IMG/VR virus record: IMGVR_UViG_3300037483_000722
Location: 1-36,249 of that record
Direction: 5' to 3' (one strand)
Source: a virus
Lineage: Duplodnaviria > Caudoviricetes
DNA: 36,249 nt
The position numbers and the translations under genes are program-made. A model generated the notes under the pieces. That model saw nothing but the letters and a program-made list of their open reading frames with translations, had not been told where the DNA came from and did not search any database. Shown in pieces: positions 26,063-34,608 of the stretch. The stretch's first letter is position 1; each line of letters starts with the position of its first letter.

Positions 26063-26946
26063 ATCGAGAAGTTGAAGTGCTTGTCGGGCCTCTTCCAGAT
26101 TGGAAAGGCGGCGGAAGTGCTGCGATTGCCACTCGTTTTTTCGGTGACGGTACGACGGACAATTTGCGCATAAAATTTACCGTGCAAAAACATTGCGTAT
26201 CTACGGCATCGCCATCAACCGTCACCATCTACAACCTTGGGAAAAATCTTCGGAACGCCCTGATTAACGCCGGGGCGCAGGTTGTTGTTTCCGCTGGGTG
26301 GTCAAATGTTGGTAGACGCAAATTGTTCACCGGTGGCCTGCTAAACGCAGTGTCACAACGTGAAGGGGCTGACATCGCGACAACGCTGAGTTTTTTGGCC
26401 GGGTACGGAGCGAAAAGTCGCGCTGTTTCGTCCCTCGCTGCGGCATCAGGGAAAACGCTAGCGTCAGTTGTCTTTTCGTTGGCGTCTAATCTCCCTGAAA
26501 TTTCAGTTGAGAAAAAGCGTATCATCGTCGCGCCATTCGTATTCGGGAAACAGGGATGGAGCTTTGTCGGATCAACGACTGACGCTCTTGACAAACTCGC
26601 CCGTCAGTATGGCTTCAGCTGGTGGGTGTCAAACAATCAATTCTATGCATGTGATGACAACTCTGTCATCCCCGGCAACGTGCCTGTCGTCACATCAAAA
26701 AACGGGTTTTTGCTGCGCGCTGAACCAATACTGTCGTCGCCATACCAGCAGCAGGCAGGGGTAACAATTTCAAGCCTTTTCAACCCTCTGATTGATGTTG
26801 GCAGGGCGATCAGCGTCGAAAGTGATCTGAATCCCGGAATAACCGGGACGTATAAAGTGCACACACTGACCCACCGGGGCGATACGCATTCGTCATCGTG
26901 GGAAACCTCTCTGGAGAGCTATACTTATGGACTTGCGGGCAGCTGA
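26050..26946 (+). CDS. baseplate hub protein
   Basis: LRI.F.V.K, TIYNL, AGW, LF.G, G.YKV..L.H.GDT..W. Confidence 0.82.
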   Translation: MGPLNREVEVLVGPLPDWKGGGSAAIATRFFGDGTTDNLRIKFTVQKHCVSTASPSTVTIYNLGKNLRNALINAGAQVVVSAGWSNVGRRKLFTGGLLNAVSQREGADIATTLSFLAGYGAKSRAVSSLAAASGKTLASVVFSLASNLPEISVEKKRIIVAPFVFGKQGWSFVGSTTDALDKLARQYGFSWWVSNNQFYACDDNSVIPGNVPVVTSKNGFLLRAEPILSSPYQQQAGVTISSLFNPLIDVGRAISVESDLNPGITGTYKVHTLTHRGDTHSSSWETSLESYTYGLAGS

Positions 26947-27586
26947 CCCAAACGTGCAACACCGAGAAATAATCGAGCGGATGTTTCTGCGGCTAAACAC
27001 GGCTATGCCCGGCGTAATTGACAGCTTTGACTCTGCGACGCAGACAGCGACTGTTTTGCCTGCAATAAAAATGCGCATCAATATCGGTGGAGAAACTTCA
27101 TACACCGACTACCCGCCCATCGTCAACGTCCCGGTCGCGTTTCCGTTCGCAACGACGGCGGGGTTTGCATTGACGCTCCCGGTTAAAAAGGGTGATTCTT
27201 GTCTGCTTATTTTTTCTCAGCGTGGGATTGACAACTGGCACGAACTCGGTGGCATTCAACCGCCTGAAGAGGGTATCGGCTCAAGGCACCACGACCTCAC
27301 AGACGCTATAGCAATCTTTGCGCCGTCGCCGCTGTCGGACGTTTTGGGATCATGGGAAGCTGATGGAATTGAGTTGCGAAATCGTGCCAAGGACAGCAGG
27401 ATAACCCTGAAAGATGATACGATAACGCTTTCTCGCGGGGGCACAACATTAACGATGACGGACAGCACAATCGAATCAGACGGCGGGCCGGGAGCGGTAC
27501 AAGGGAACGTGCAGGGTGATTGCATCTGCGCCTACACCGGAGCGCCACATCCGCAACGGTCTGACACCGTTAAATCATCATTGTGA
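26927..27586 (+). CDS. baseplate central spike (Gp138-type)
   Basis: TAMPG.I.SFD, VPV.FP, PVKKGD.CLLIFSQR.ID.W, RHHDL.DA. Confidence 0.88.
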   Translation: MDLRAADPNVQHREIIERMFLRLNTAMPGVIDSFDSATQTATVLPAIKMRINIGGETSYTDYPPIVNVPVAFPFATTAGFALTLPVKKGDSCLLIFSQRGIDNWHELGGIQPPEEGIGSRHHDLTDAIAIFAPSPLSDVLGSWEADGIELRNRAKDSRITLKDDTITLSRGGTTLTMTDSTIESDGGPGAVQGNVQGDCICAYTGAPHPQRSDTVKSSL

Positions 27587-27596
27587 GGTATTGATT

Positions 27597-27818
27597 ATGG
27601 CTATGACAGGATCAGGGTTGTGGGCAGCGAGAAAGGCTGCAATGGACGCGGTAGTTTCCGCATACACACCAGGTAGCGACCCGGCGGCGGCAGTGCAATT
27701 GAGAATCGACATCGGGATTGCCGACTCAGATGCAATTGTGCAATACATCCAGAACAACGCTGAGGTCCAAACGACCGCCGGAGCGCCGGACAGTGAGCAC
27801 ACGGGAGTTATTCTGTGA
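27597..27818 (+). CDS. small baseplate/spike-associated protein
   Basis: RBS GAGGT; between spike and wedge genes; AIVQYIQ.NAEV motif. Confidence 0.65.
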   Translation: MAMTGSGLWAARKAAMDAVVSAYTPGSDPAAAVQLRIDIGIADSDAIVQYIQNNAEVQTTAGAPDSEHTGVIL

Positions 27819-28171
27819 GCATAACATTCGCCATCAACGAAAGTCATGATTTTACGATCTCTCCAACCGGGAAATTGAAAATCGTGATGGGTGCTGAAGA
27901 GGTCAAGCAGCGAATTCTTGTCACCCTCCTGCACAATTATCAGGAGTATTTTCTGAATGTCCCCGCCGGTGTTCCGTGGCAGGAATACATTCTCGGGAGC
28001 AAGAACAAGCAAAATGTTGAAAATTTGATCCGGTCGGAAATTCTGTCTGTTCCGGGCGTCCTTAGTGTGATAGATGTTCGAAGTATTTTTGCTGATCGTG
28101 TCCTTGACATCTATGCGGATGTTGAAGTTTCGACCGGCGAAGTTGTGACAGTTTCGGTCACCGGGAGGTAA
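27815..28171 (+). CDS. baseplate wedge / sheath initiator (gp25-like)
   Basis: VKQRI...L....EYFL....GVPW...ILG, IL.VPGV. Confidence 0.82.
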   Translation: MSITFAINESHDFTISPTGKLKIVMGAEEVKQRILVTLLHNYQEYFLNVPAGVPWQEYILGSKNKQNVENLIRSEILSVPGVLSVIDVRSIFADRVLDIYADVEVSTGEVVTVSVTGR

Positions 28172-28175
28172 CTAT

Positions 28176-29354
28176 ATGGCATTCGGAGTAACAGACGAGG
28201 GGTTCACCTTAAAGCGCCTGAACGACATCCTTACTGATATCCAGACGGACTTATCTTCTGTCGTGGACGCATCAACCGGGGAGACATTGACGCCGGATTT
28301 GACCGACGAGAACGACCCGCTCGTTCAGATGGTGAATTCCATTGCTGATCAGATGGCTGAGTGTTGGGAGTTGGCGCAGCTGTGTTACAATCAATTCGAT
28401 CCGCTGAAGGCCACCGGGGCGGGGTTGTCCGGGACTGTTCAGCTCAACGGAATCGACCGCATCGATGGGGCATACTCGACCGTCGCTCTGACAATCACCG
28501 GGCAACCATTGCAGGTTATCCCTGCCGGAAAACAGGTGTCGCTTAATGACGATTCCGTCATTTTTGAGCTGCCAGAAGTGACACTTGACGGAAGTGGCGT
28601 AGGTGCAACGATAGGTACAGCAACTGAACTTGGGCCATTCGAGGCCGATGCTGGAACTGTTGTTAAAATATTGACGCCCGTCGCTGGCTGGACCGCAGTA
28701 ACGAACCCGACGGCAGCTACCATCGGTTCATATGAGGAAACTGATACCGCTCTTCGCGCCAGACAACAGAACAGCACGGCATACCCGTCACAGTCAATCA
28801 TCGAGGGGATATACGCAGGGCTAGCAAACATCGATGCTGTCACGTATGCCCGTGTTTACCAAAACATCGAGCTCACAACCGACTCAAGAGGAATCCCGGC
28901 GAAATCAGTCGCAGCTGTTGTTGTTGGAGGGGCATCCGCAGATATCGGGGACGCGCTATTCAAAAAAGTTCCCGCAGGAGTCGCAACGTACGGCGCGGAA
29001 ACAGAGACGATTATTGACGCGCAAGGGATTGAATATGACATGGCATATACCATCCCCTCCGACATCCCTGTATACATCGCAACAACCGTACAGGTTGTTA
29101 ACTCCGCGCTATGGACAGGAGACGGGGTCGCAAGAATAAAGGCGGCAATCCTTGAATATGCGGCTGAGCAGTATTTGCCCGGCACGAGTGTTTTTGCGTC
29201 TGAGCTCTGCACCCCGATAAACACAGTCAAGGGTATCAAAATAACATCAACGTTTGTTGGCGCATCTTCCCCGGCGTCAGCAGACGAAGTTTTAATTGCG
29301 TGGGGTGAAATTGCCACGTTTGACGCAGCTAACATTTCCGTCACGGTGTCATAA
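28176..29354 (+). CDS. baseplate J-like wedge protein
   Basis: G.T..GF, DP..ATG..L, GW.AVTNP, ETD.ALR.R. Confidence 0.9.
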   Translation: MAFGVTDEGFTLKRLNDILTDIQTDLSSVVDASTGETLTPDLTDENDPLVQMVNSIADQMAECWELAQLCYNQFDPLKATGAGLSGTVQLNGIDRIDGAYSTVALTITGQPLQVIPAGKQVSLNDDSVIFELPEVTLDGSGVGATIGTATELGPFEADAGTVVKILTPVAGWTAVTNPTAATIGSYEETDTALRARQQNSTAYPSQSIIEGIYAGLANIDAVTYARVYQNIELTTDSRGIPAKSVAAVVVGGASADIGDALFKKVPAGVATYGAETETIIDAQGIEYDMAYTIPSDIPVYIATTVQVVNSALWTGDGVARIKAAILEYAAEQYLPGTSVFASELCTPINTVKGIKITSTFVGASSPASADEVLIAWGEIATFDAANISVTVS

Positions 29355-29989
29355 TGGCATTCACCGGAATAAATTTCCCCGACAGAGACGCAGTAACCCG
29401 CATGGTTTCTAGGACTCTCTTGCAGTTCAGGGAGTCCCCCGTTTTCCTTGACGTGGTAGATGCATTTTCACTTGAGTTGCAGCGGCTCCTTGATATGCTG
29501 ACAGACGTGCAGAAAAAACGTACAGCATTTTCAGCAGGGACAGCACAGTTAGACGCGATCGGTCGGATTGTTGGTCAGCCGCGTGCGGTATCCGGATATT
29601 CTCCGCTCCCTTATTTTGCCCCGGACATACCCGAGGTGGGCGACCCGGATATAGGGCTTGTCTGGGTTGAGACAGCCCCTCTCTCCGAGGTGTTGGACGT
29701 GGACAACCCAACCCTGTTGTCTTTCATCGAGGCGCGAACGCAGTCGAATAAATCCATCGGGTCCGTGCCGGAAATTCAAGCAGCAGCAAAAACTGTTCTT
29801 GGCCTTGACATAAGTATCATCATCGTCAATTTGATGACAGTCAAGATTGTCGTCCCCGACACAACGACCGCCGCTCAAATATTGTTCTTGCAGACCTATT
29901 TTGATACCAAGACAGCTGACCGGGTGACTTTCCTGCCGTTGCCTGCCACTGTGAAAATATCGCGAATCGTCAAACTGTCGGATTTATAA
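29354..29989 (+). CDS. baseplate wedge protein (DUF2612-like)
   Basis: A.G.QLD.IGRIVG..R; follows the J-like gene. Confidence 0.8.
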   Translation: MAFTGINFPDRDAVTRMVSRTLLQFRESPVFLDVVDAFSLELQRLLDMLTDVQKKRTAFSAGTAQLDAIGRIVGQPRAVSGYSPLPYFAPDIPEVGDPDIGLVWVETAPLSEVLDVDNPTLLSFIEARTQSNKSIGSVPEIQAAAKTVLGLDISIIIVNLMTVKIVVPDTTTAAQILFLQTYFDTKTADRVTFLPLPATVKISRIVKLSDL

Positions 29990-30001
29990 CAGGAGGAAGT
30001 T

Positions 30002-30952
30002 ATGCCAACAAACAGAGCAGTAATCACCGGCGGCGAGTGGGCCATTGGCGCAGCAGACGCACCAGCAGAACCAATAGCCGGGGCAACATATCGGAATTCG
30101 GCATTAACAGAGGCGGCGATTCAATCCGCGTGGCCGTTCTCGGAGGTCGTTGGATCCGCGAAATTCAATGAGGTGATGGGCAGGGTTACGTCTCTGCTTG
30201 TCCTTCTGGAGTCGTGGGGCATTTTACCATATTCCGCGTTGACCGATTATGCAATCGGCGCGCGGGTTATGGGGTCTGACGGTATCATTTATGAGGCACT
30301 GGCCGCGAACGGCCCCGCAACGACCGTCGTTGACGCGGTAGGCAATCCAGCAACGTGGATCAAGTCGGGATATACAGAGGCAGAAATTCGGGCACTTTCC
30401 GCATCAACGACGCAGAAGGGCGTTGTTGAGCTCGCGACGGACGCGGAAGCCCAAACAGGGACAGACACTTCACGTGCTGTCACACCCGCTGCTCTTGCTT
30501 CTGTGACAGCGACAACCACCCGCAGGGGGCTGATTGAAATAGCTACTGACGCGGAGGCATTGGCCGGGTTGTCGGAAGTGCTGGCGGTTAACCCGAAACA
30601 ATTAGCGGTTGCTGTCGAAAGTTTGCAAAAAAACGAGGCGATAGTTAGCTTTGATTTAGACGGGGTGATAAATGCAGATGTTTTTAGTAATTGCTCCCTG
30701 TCTAATTTTGAGTTTAATCCTAACCCCGGGTATTATTATGCCGGAAGCTACACTAGAGTTGATATTACCGTCTCCGGGTTTGAGGATATAACGCTTGCGA
30801 ACACTGTTGTCATGGGGTCGTCTCCGCTTGGGGGTTTTAATTTTGAAGTGATCAACACAACGACGGTGCGCGCAGTATTTGGCACGCAGTCAAACAACGA
30901 AGATGGTGGTGTTAATTGCTTTGCTGTCCACATAATGCAGCAAGTGACATGA
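30002..30952 (+). CDS. tail fibre protein
   Basis: N-terminal baseplate-attachment region, two A(S/T)TT..G..ELATDAEA repeats, AT-richer variable C-terminus. Confidence 0.85.
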   Translation: MPTNRAVITGGEWAIGAADAPAEPIAGATYRNSALTEAAIQSAWPFSEVVGSAKFNEVMGRVTSLLVLLESWGILPYSALTDYAIGARVMGSDGIIYEALAANGPATTVVDAVGNPATWIKSGYTEAEIRALSASTTQKGVVELATDAEAQTGTDTSRAVTPAALASVTATTTRRGLIEIATDAEALAGLSEVLAVNPKQLAVAVESLQKNEAIVSFDLDGVINADVFSNCSLSNFEFNPNPGYYYAGSYTRVDITVSGFEDITLANTVVMGSSPLGGFNFEVINTTTVRAVFGTQSNNEDGGVNCFAVHIMQQVT

Positions 30953-30967
30953 TGGTGTGGTGTTGAT

Positions 30968-31390
30968 GTGACAGTAATTAAACTATTCCGACACCAAAGC
31001 ACGAACGAAGGGACGTTCGGTGTCATCCTCGCCGACGGCTTTTGGTGCCACACGCTCGAATTGCCGTGGCGCGATAATCGCCCGAACCTGTCCTGTATCC
31101 CGGAAGGCTTTTACACCTGTGAGATGGTCATCTCGCCCCGATTCGGGCAGGTTTATCAGGTGCTGAGTGTGCCAGGCCGCAGCCACATTTTGTTCCATTC
31201 TGGCAACCTCGCCGGGAATGTTGCGCAAGGGCTGAAAACTCACGTGCAGGGGTGCATACTGTTGGGCCAAAGAGTCGGAACACTCAGCGGACAGCCCGCT
31301 GTCCTTGTATCGCGAATCGCGTTTAATCGTTTCATGGCATTTTTGAGCGGAGAAAAACAATTTATTTTGGAGGTGAAATCATGGATTTGA
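30968..31390 (+). CDS. DUF5675-family putative endolysin
   Basis: TLELPW.DN....SCIP.G.Y, VPGRSHIL.H.GN, GCILLG. Confidence 0.8.
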   Translation: MTVIKLFRHQSTNEGTFGVILADGFWCHTLELPWRDNRPNLSCIPEGFYTCEMVISPRFGQVYQVLSVPGRSHILFHSGNLAGNVAQGLKTHVQGCILLGQRVGTLSGQPAVLVSRIAFNRFMAFLSGEKQFILEVKSWI

Positions 31391-31971
31391 GCGGAATCGG
31401 AAGTTTTGTCGGTGGCGCGGCGTCTGGCCCGATCGGCCTGTTTCTCGGCGGCATTTTCGGCCTTGGCCAGAAATACATGGATATGCGAGCTGAAAAGTTA
31501 AAATCGGAAGAGCGCGCACGCGACCGGGCGCATGAGCTTGCTGTCATCGATCGTGAGGCTGATCGGGCTGAAGTTCTGGCGAACATAAAATACAACGAGA
31601 CGGTTGACGCTGCTCAATTGACCGCAATGTCAGCTTCGCATAAATTTGACAAGGCAACTTATTCGACCGGGCTGATCGACAGGGTCAGCAATAAATTCGT
31701 GCGCGGATTGCTGGTGACGATGATGGTGTCTGTCGATTATTTCCGGGGTATGGTTCGCCCGGCGACGACGGCATATTATCAGGGGCTTCAACTGTTCCTC
31801 GCCGTATGGGCCACGCAGGTTTTGTCGCAGGCGTTTAGCTCCGGGGTGCTGAGCTTTGACGTTGATCAATTCGCACTCGCAACGCTGCTGAAACTGGTCG
31901 ATGCAACGATTGCAGGGGCAGCGGCAACATTGGCATGGTATTTTACAAGCAGGCCAAACAGATCGAGTTGA
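31381..31971 (+). CDS. putative holin (multi-TM)
   Basis: Adjacent to the lysin; VRP..T, hydrophobic segments and terminal WYF.SR. Confidence 0.65.
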   Translation: MDLSGIGSFVGGAASGPIGLFLGGIFGLGQKYMDMRAEKLKSEERARDRAHELAVIDREADRAEVLANIKYNETVDAAQLTAMSASHKFDKATYSTGLIDRVSNKFVRGLLVTMMVSVDYFRGMVRPATTAYYQGLQLFLAVWATQVLSQAFSSGVLSFDVDQFALATLLKLVDATIAGAAATLAWYFTSRPNRSS

Positions 31972-31997
31972 TGCGCCACCCCTCCGGGCGCGTTATT

Positions 31998-32022
31998 CCC
32001 CGGCCCAAAGGCCGGGGTTTTT
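31998..32022 (+). terminator. intrinsic terminator ending the late operon
   Basis: CCCCGGCC-CAAA-GGCCGGGG-TTTTT. Confidence 0.85.
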
Positions 32023-32125
32023 GTCGTCACAGTCGTGATTCCGTCGGCTCTCAGGCCGCTTCCGAGTCTTGGCTCGGTGTCAAGTCGATCAATTTTACAC
32101 CCGCACCCCGTTGTACTTTTTTTGC

Positions 32126-32446
32126 TCATGGCATCCCCTTCTCAACTATTTTTCCGTTTTTATCTATACAAAAAAGCGTCGGCCCCTCAGCCATCACCAC
32201 CCAATTCCGCCCCAAGTCCATAGCTGCCATAAACCGCATTCGATCACGATCAAGGAATTCCGTCACAGCGTTTCGCTCCACGGCGTCAGCGATAATTCGC
32301 GGATTGTTCGTGATCACATCCCCAATTCTCGCGCCAACAATTTCCATCGCCGCGTTCATCCATCCGGCGCCACCGGGTATCGCTTTGTGATCACTCAAAA
32401 AACGCAGCATACAGCCCCGTATTCCTGACGATGTATAACACCACAA
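32126..32446 (-). CDS. hypothetical protein (start uncertain)
   Basis: ORF track; the C-terminal part looks protein-like. Confidence 0.4.
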   Translation of the reverse strand: MWCYTSSGIRGCMLRFLSDHKAIPGGAGWMNAAMEIVGARIGDVITNNPRIIADAVERNAVTEFLDRDRMRFMAAMDLGRNWVVMAEGPTLFCIDKNGKIVEKGMP

Positions 32447-32613
32447 TTAGCCATGCAGTCAGGAGAGCCAAACGCGCGCCAATCCGTCCCATCTGCATAG
32501 GGCGGATTGGCGAGGATATTCTTTCCCTCTTGGCTTAGGCCACAAGGGTTCGTATTTACAGTTCAAGCAATTTTTCATGTTATCTCCAATCTCCCAGCTG
32601 GTCTTCCATTAAG

Positions 32614-32808
32614 TTAATAAAAATTGTCTCGGAGGGTATCAACGGAACGGCAGCAACTACAATCACAAACACCGTCGATGCCGCCCAGTAGTTGGATAAG
32701 CTCTTCGGCCAATGTCTCTGTATAAAAACCCGTACCCCTTTCCCTGCAATGTTTCTGGTCGTGAGCAATAATGAGCTTAATCAGCTTGTCTTTCAGCATT
32801 AGACCCAC
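32614..32808 (-). CDS. hypothetical protein
   Basis: Begins just beyond the attC-like site at 32825. Confidence 0.5.
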   Translation of the reverse strand: MGLMLKDKLIKLIIAHDQKHCRERGTGFYTETLAEELIQLLGGIDGVCDCSCCRSVDTLRDNFY

Positions 32809-32824
32809 CCTTTGATAATTAATC

Positions 32825-32929
32825 GCCTAACCATAAAATAAACACGGACTGAACAACATCAGTGCTGCCCCGAATGGGGCGGTGGTTCGCCAGTGATCCG
32901 TCGCAGCCGGTTATTTCTAACCGTTCTAT
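32825..32929 (+). mobile_element. attC-like site 1 (105 bp)
   Basis: GCCTAAC CATAA AATAAACA CGGAC ... GGTTATT TCTAACC GTTCTAT. Confidence 0.65.
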
Positions 32930-33132
32930 TGCTTTTCGATCACATTGAATCCAGCCTGATCCAACAGATGGCACAGTATCAACCCAGCGTCTATGCTATC
33001 CCCTATTCCGTTACTCCCATTTTCCTGCAATGCATAAAAGACCTTCCCGAGTCTACTCGCCAAAACATTGTCCATCAGCGCCGTCAGCGGCTCTCCGTTC
33101 GAGTAAACCATTTTTCCATTGGTCATTCTCAT
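32926..33132 (-). CDS. cassette-like hypothetical protein
   Basis: RBS AAGGAG; the TAG stop lies inside the outer box of site 1. Confidence 0.65.
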   Translation of the reverse strand: MRMTNGKMVYSNGEPLTALMDNVLASRLGKVFYALQENGSNGIGDSIDAGLILCHLLDQAGFNVIEKQ

Positions 33133-33144
33133 ATCAATCTCCTT

Positions 33145-33189
33145 TGGTGCTGCTGCGGGCGCTATGCGCCGCCGAGCTTTTGGTTATGC
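33145..33189 (+). mobile_element. partial attC-like site (right half only)
   Basis: GCGCTATGCGCCGCCGAGCTTTTG-GTTATGC; no matching RYYYAAC box found. Confidence 0.45.
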
Positions 33190-33357
33190 CAACCCGTCAC
33201 ATGTGTATGAGTTGGGTATATTGTCACCCGGTTCGGTGTCACAGTCATCGTTGTACTCACCCCTTTTGGCCTTTGCGACGGCTTCCTTTTCGTCATCAGC
33301 GTCTACAGTCGCCCAACAAGTGGTGTACTGTTTCCAAGACACCCTGAATTTTGTCAT
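33184..33357 (-). CDS. cassette-like small acidic protein
   Basis: MTKFRVSW...VDADDEKEAVAKA. The ATG is inside the box of site 2 and the TAA is inside the box of the partial site. Confidence 0.7.
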   Translation of the reverse strand: MTKFRVSWKQYTTCWATVDADDEKEAVAKAKRGEYNDDCDTEPGDNIPNSYTCDGLA

Positions 33358-33411
33358 AACCAATCCTTTCAGCGGACTCGCTCCGCTCGCGGCTGAAGTC
33401 AACCGCTAGGA
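33354..33411 (+). mobile_element. attC-like site 2 (58 bp)
   Basis: TCATAAC CAATC CTTTCAGC GGACTCGCTCCGCTCGCG GCTGAAG TCAACC GCTAGGA: 7-5-8...7-6-7 spacing as in classic 59-base elements; GCT replaces GTT. Confidence 0.8.
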
Positions 33412-33605
33412 CTCGAAATGCTCCAGCACATCGAGAATTGATAAAAATGATCCGGGCCAATCTCGCCATCAACAGCAACCTCACACCTGGTATCGTCCTG
33501 CTCCTCTTTGGTCGTCCATCGCCACGGGTATGCCTTCCCAGCCCAAAAAGCAGCGGGGCCGTTTTCCATCACGAAATCCTTTTTGCATACGATGGGCTCA
33601 GTCAT
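33399..33605 (-). CDS. cassette-like hypothetical protein (possible 1-nt indel near 33443-33447)
   Basis: ATG inside the box of site 3; RBS GGAG within the site. Confidence 0.6.
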   Translation of the reverse strand: MTEPIVCKKDFVMENGPAAFWAGKAYPWRWTTKEEQDDTRCEVAVDGEIGPDHFYQFSMCWSISSPSG

Positions 33606-33704
33606 AACCAGTCGCTCCAGTCGGACTGAAATACATCAGTGCTTCCCGAGCAGGTCCGTGCTACTCGGTCATTTCGTCACAGCCGCTCACCCGTCACGTT
33701 ATGC
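33602..33704 (+). mobile_element. attC-like site 3 (103 bp)
   Basis: TCATAAC CAGTC GCTCCAGT CGGAC ... GCTCACC CGTCAC GTTATGC; shares GGACTGAA..ACATCAGTGCT with site 1. Confidence 0.7.
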
Positions 33705-33884
33705 CTTGCGGCGATGGATGCAACTCATCGCATAATTAGCTACTGCCCCCTGTACCGGGCAGTCTGTTTTATGACGCAGGCATCCGCAACACGCTTGAGG
33801 CAAATTAGGCATAACAAGTCGCTCAACGGCGGACTCGATACCGCTCATCACGCCCGTTCCGCTCTGCTCTTTTTCATCTCCCAT
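33699..33884 (-). CDS. cassette-like Cys-rich small protein starting within site 4
   Basis: The TAA stop is in the box of site 3; the N-terminal ESAVERLVM is translated attC-like sequence. Confidence 0.55.
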   Translation of the reverse strand: MGDEKEQSGTGVMSGIESAVERLVMPNLPQACCGCLRHKTDCPVQGAVANYAMSCIHRRKA

Positions 33885-33940
33885 CCTGTTTCCCTTTCTA
33901 TCCGCGAGCCTGTGAGCTAATCGTTAGCCAGCCGTTGGCG
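33809..33940 (+). mobile_element. attC-like site 4 (132 bp)
   Basis: GCATAAC AAGTC GCTCAACG GCGGAC ... CGTTAGC CAGCC GTTGGCG; the L boxes pair with one extra C, as in canonical attC. Confidence 0.75.
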
Positions 33941-33942
33941 AG

Positions 33943-34227
33943 CTACTTTCCCGGTCCGTAGAAATGCTCCTCAATTTTATTTGCCGTCACTGGGTCGAAT
34001 AGTTCGTCAGAAACAAAATAAACAGCCTCTTCGATTGCCTCCTTCATTCCGAGTTTACGGAATTCGTCAAGCTGAACCTCGCATCGGTCGTGATATTTTT
34101 GTTGCCACTGCTCAACCTCGGTTATCAACCATTCCAGCGTTTCTTGGTCATCGACACCCCAATGTCTAGTCGCTGCAAGACTCTCTGTATGTTTTGCTAG
34201 CATCCTTGCTTTTGCGAGCATTCCCAT
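33943..34227 (-). CDS. cassette-like hypothetical protein (longer starts inside site 5 possible)
   Basis: The stop lies next to the outer box of site 4; ATG at 34227 follows AAAGG. Confidence 0.65.
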   Translation of the reverse strand: MGMLAKARMLAKHTESLAATRHWGVDDQETLEWLITEVEQWQQKYHDRCEVQLDEFRKLGMKEAIEEAVYFVSDELFDPVTANKIEEHFYGPGK

Positions 34228-34247
34228 TTTTAAGCCTTTCGTTTTGT

Positions 34248-34380
34248 GGCTAACCAATCGCTGCTCGGCGGACTCGCTACTTGCCTCTTTGAGGGTTTTC
34301 ACCATGTCACCCTCGCCCTTACCTATCCACTCAGGTACTGCCATTTTCACCTCCGCAATCCGGTTATGATATCGTTGGCT
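34248..34380 (+). mobile_element. attC-like site 5 (133 bp, degenerate L boxes)
   Basis: GGCTAAC CAATC GCTGCTCG GCGGACTCGCT ... GGTTATG ATATC GTTGGCT. Confidence 0.65.
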
Positions 34381-34386
34381 TTTCCA

Positions 34387-34554
34387 CTACCCCCGAAAAT
34401 TGGTGTATTCATGTAGCGAGCTTCGCGCCAATTCCTCGCTGTCGTGGCTTTGAGTAACGGTGTCCCACAGTTTCCGCTCGACGTTCCAGACTTGCCCACA
34501 AAAATAAGGCTTTGTCGCTAACTCCTTCTTACCCTGCCAAATTCGCGTCACCAT
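34387..34554 (-). CDS. small hypothetical protein (55 aa)
   Basis: Below the track cutoff. MVTRIWQGKKELATKPYFCGQVWNVERKLWDTVT...; RBS GGAGG; stop is 6 nt from site 5. Confidence 0.6.
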   Translation of the reverse strand: MVTRIWQGKKELATKPYFCGQVWNVERKLWDTVTQSHDSEELARSSLHEYTNFRG

Positions 34555-34608
34555 CTCAGCCTCCATGCAAAACGAAATGTAATTGGAGTTTTAATTTAAT
34601 ATCCATGA

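Noticed and set aside
9658-30952. Diversity-generating retroelement or invertible fibre system
   Set aside because: No reverse transcriptase, invertase or template/variable repeat pair was found in the window.
32430-32590. Additional attC site (GTATAAC ... GTTATCT)
   Set aside because: No pairing L boxes or GGAC core, and the span is longer than expected.
32825-34380. CRISPR array or plain terminators
   Set aside because: The repeats vary in length and sequence, the spacers are whole genes, and there are no U tracts. The layout fits attC.
34387-34554. Suspected frameshift in this small ORF
   Set aside because: Re-reading the bases shows a continuous 55-aa frame.
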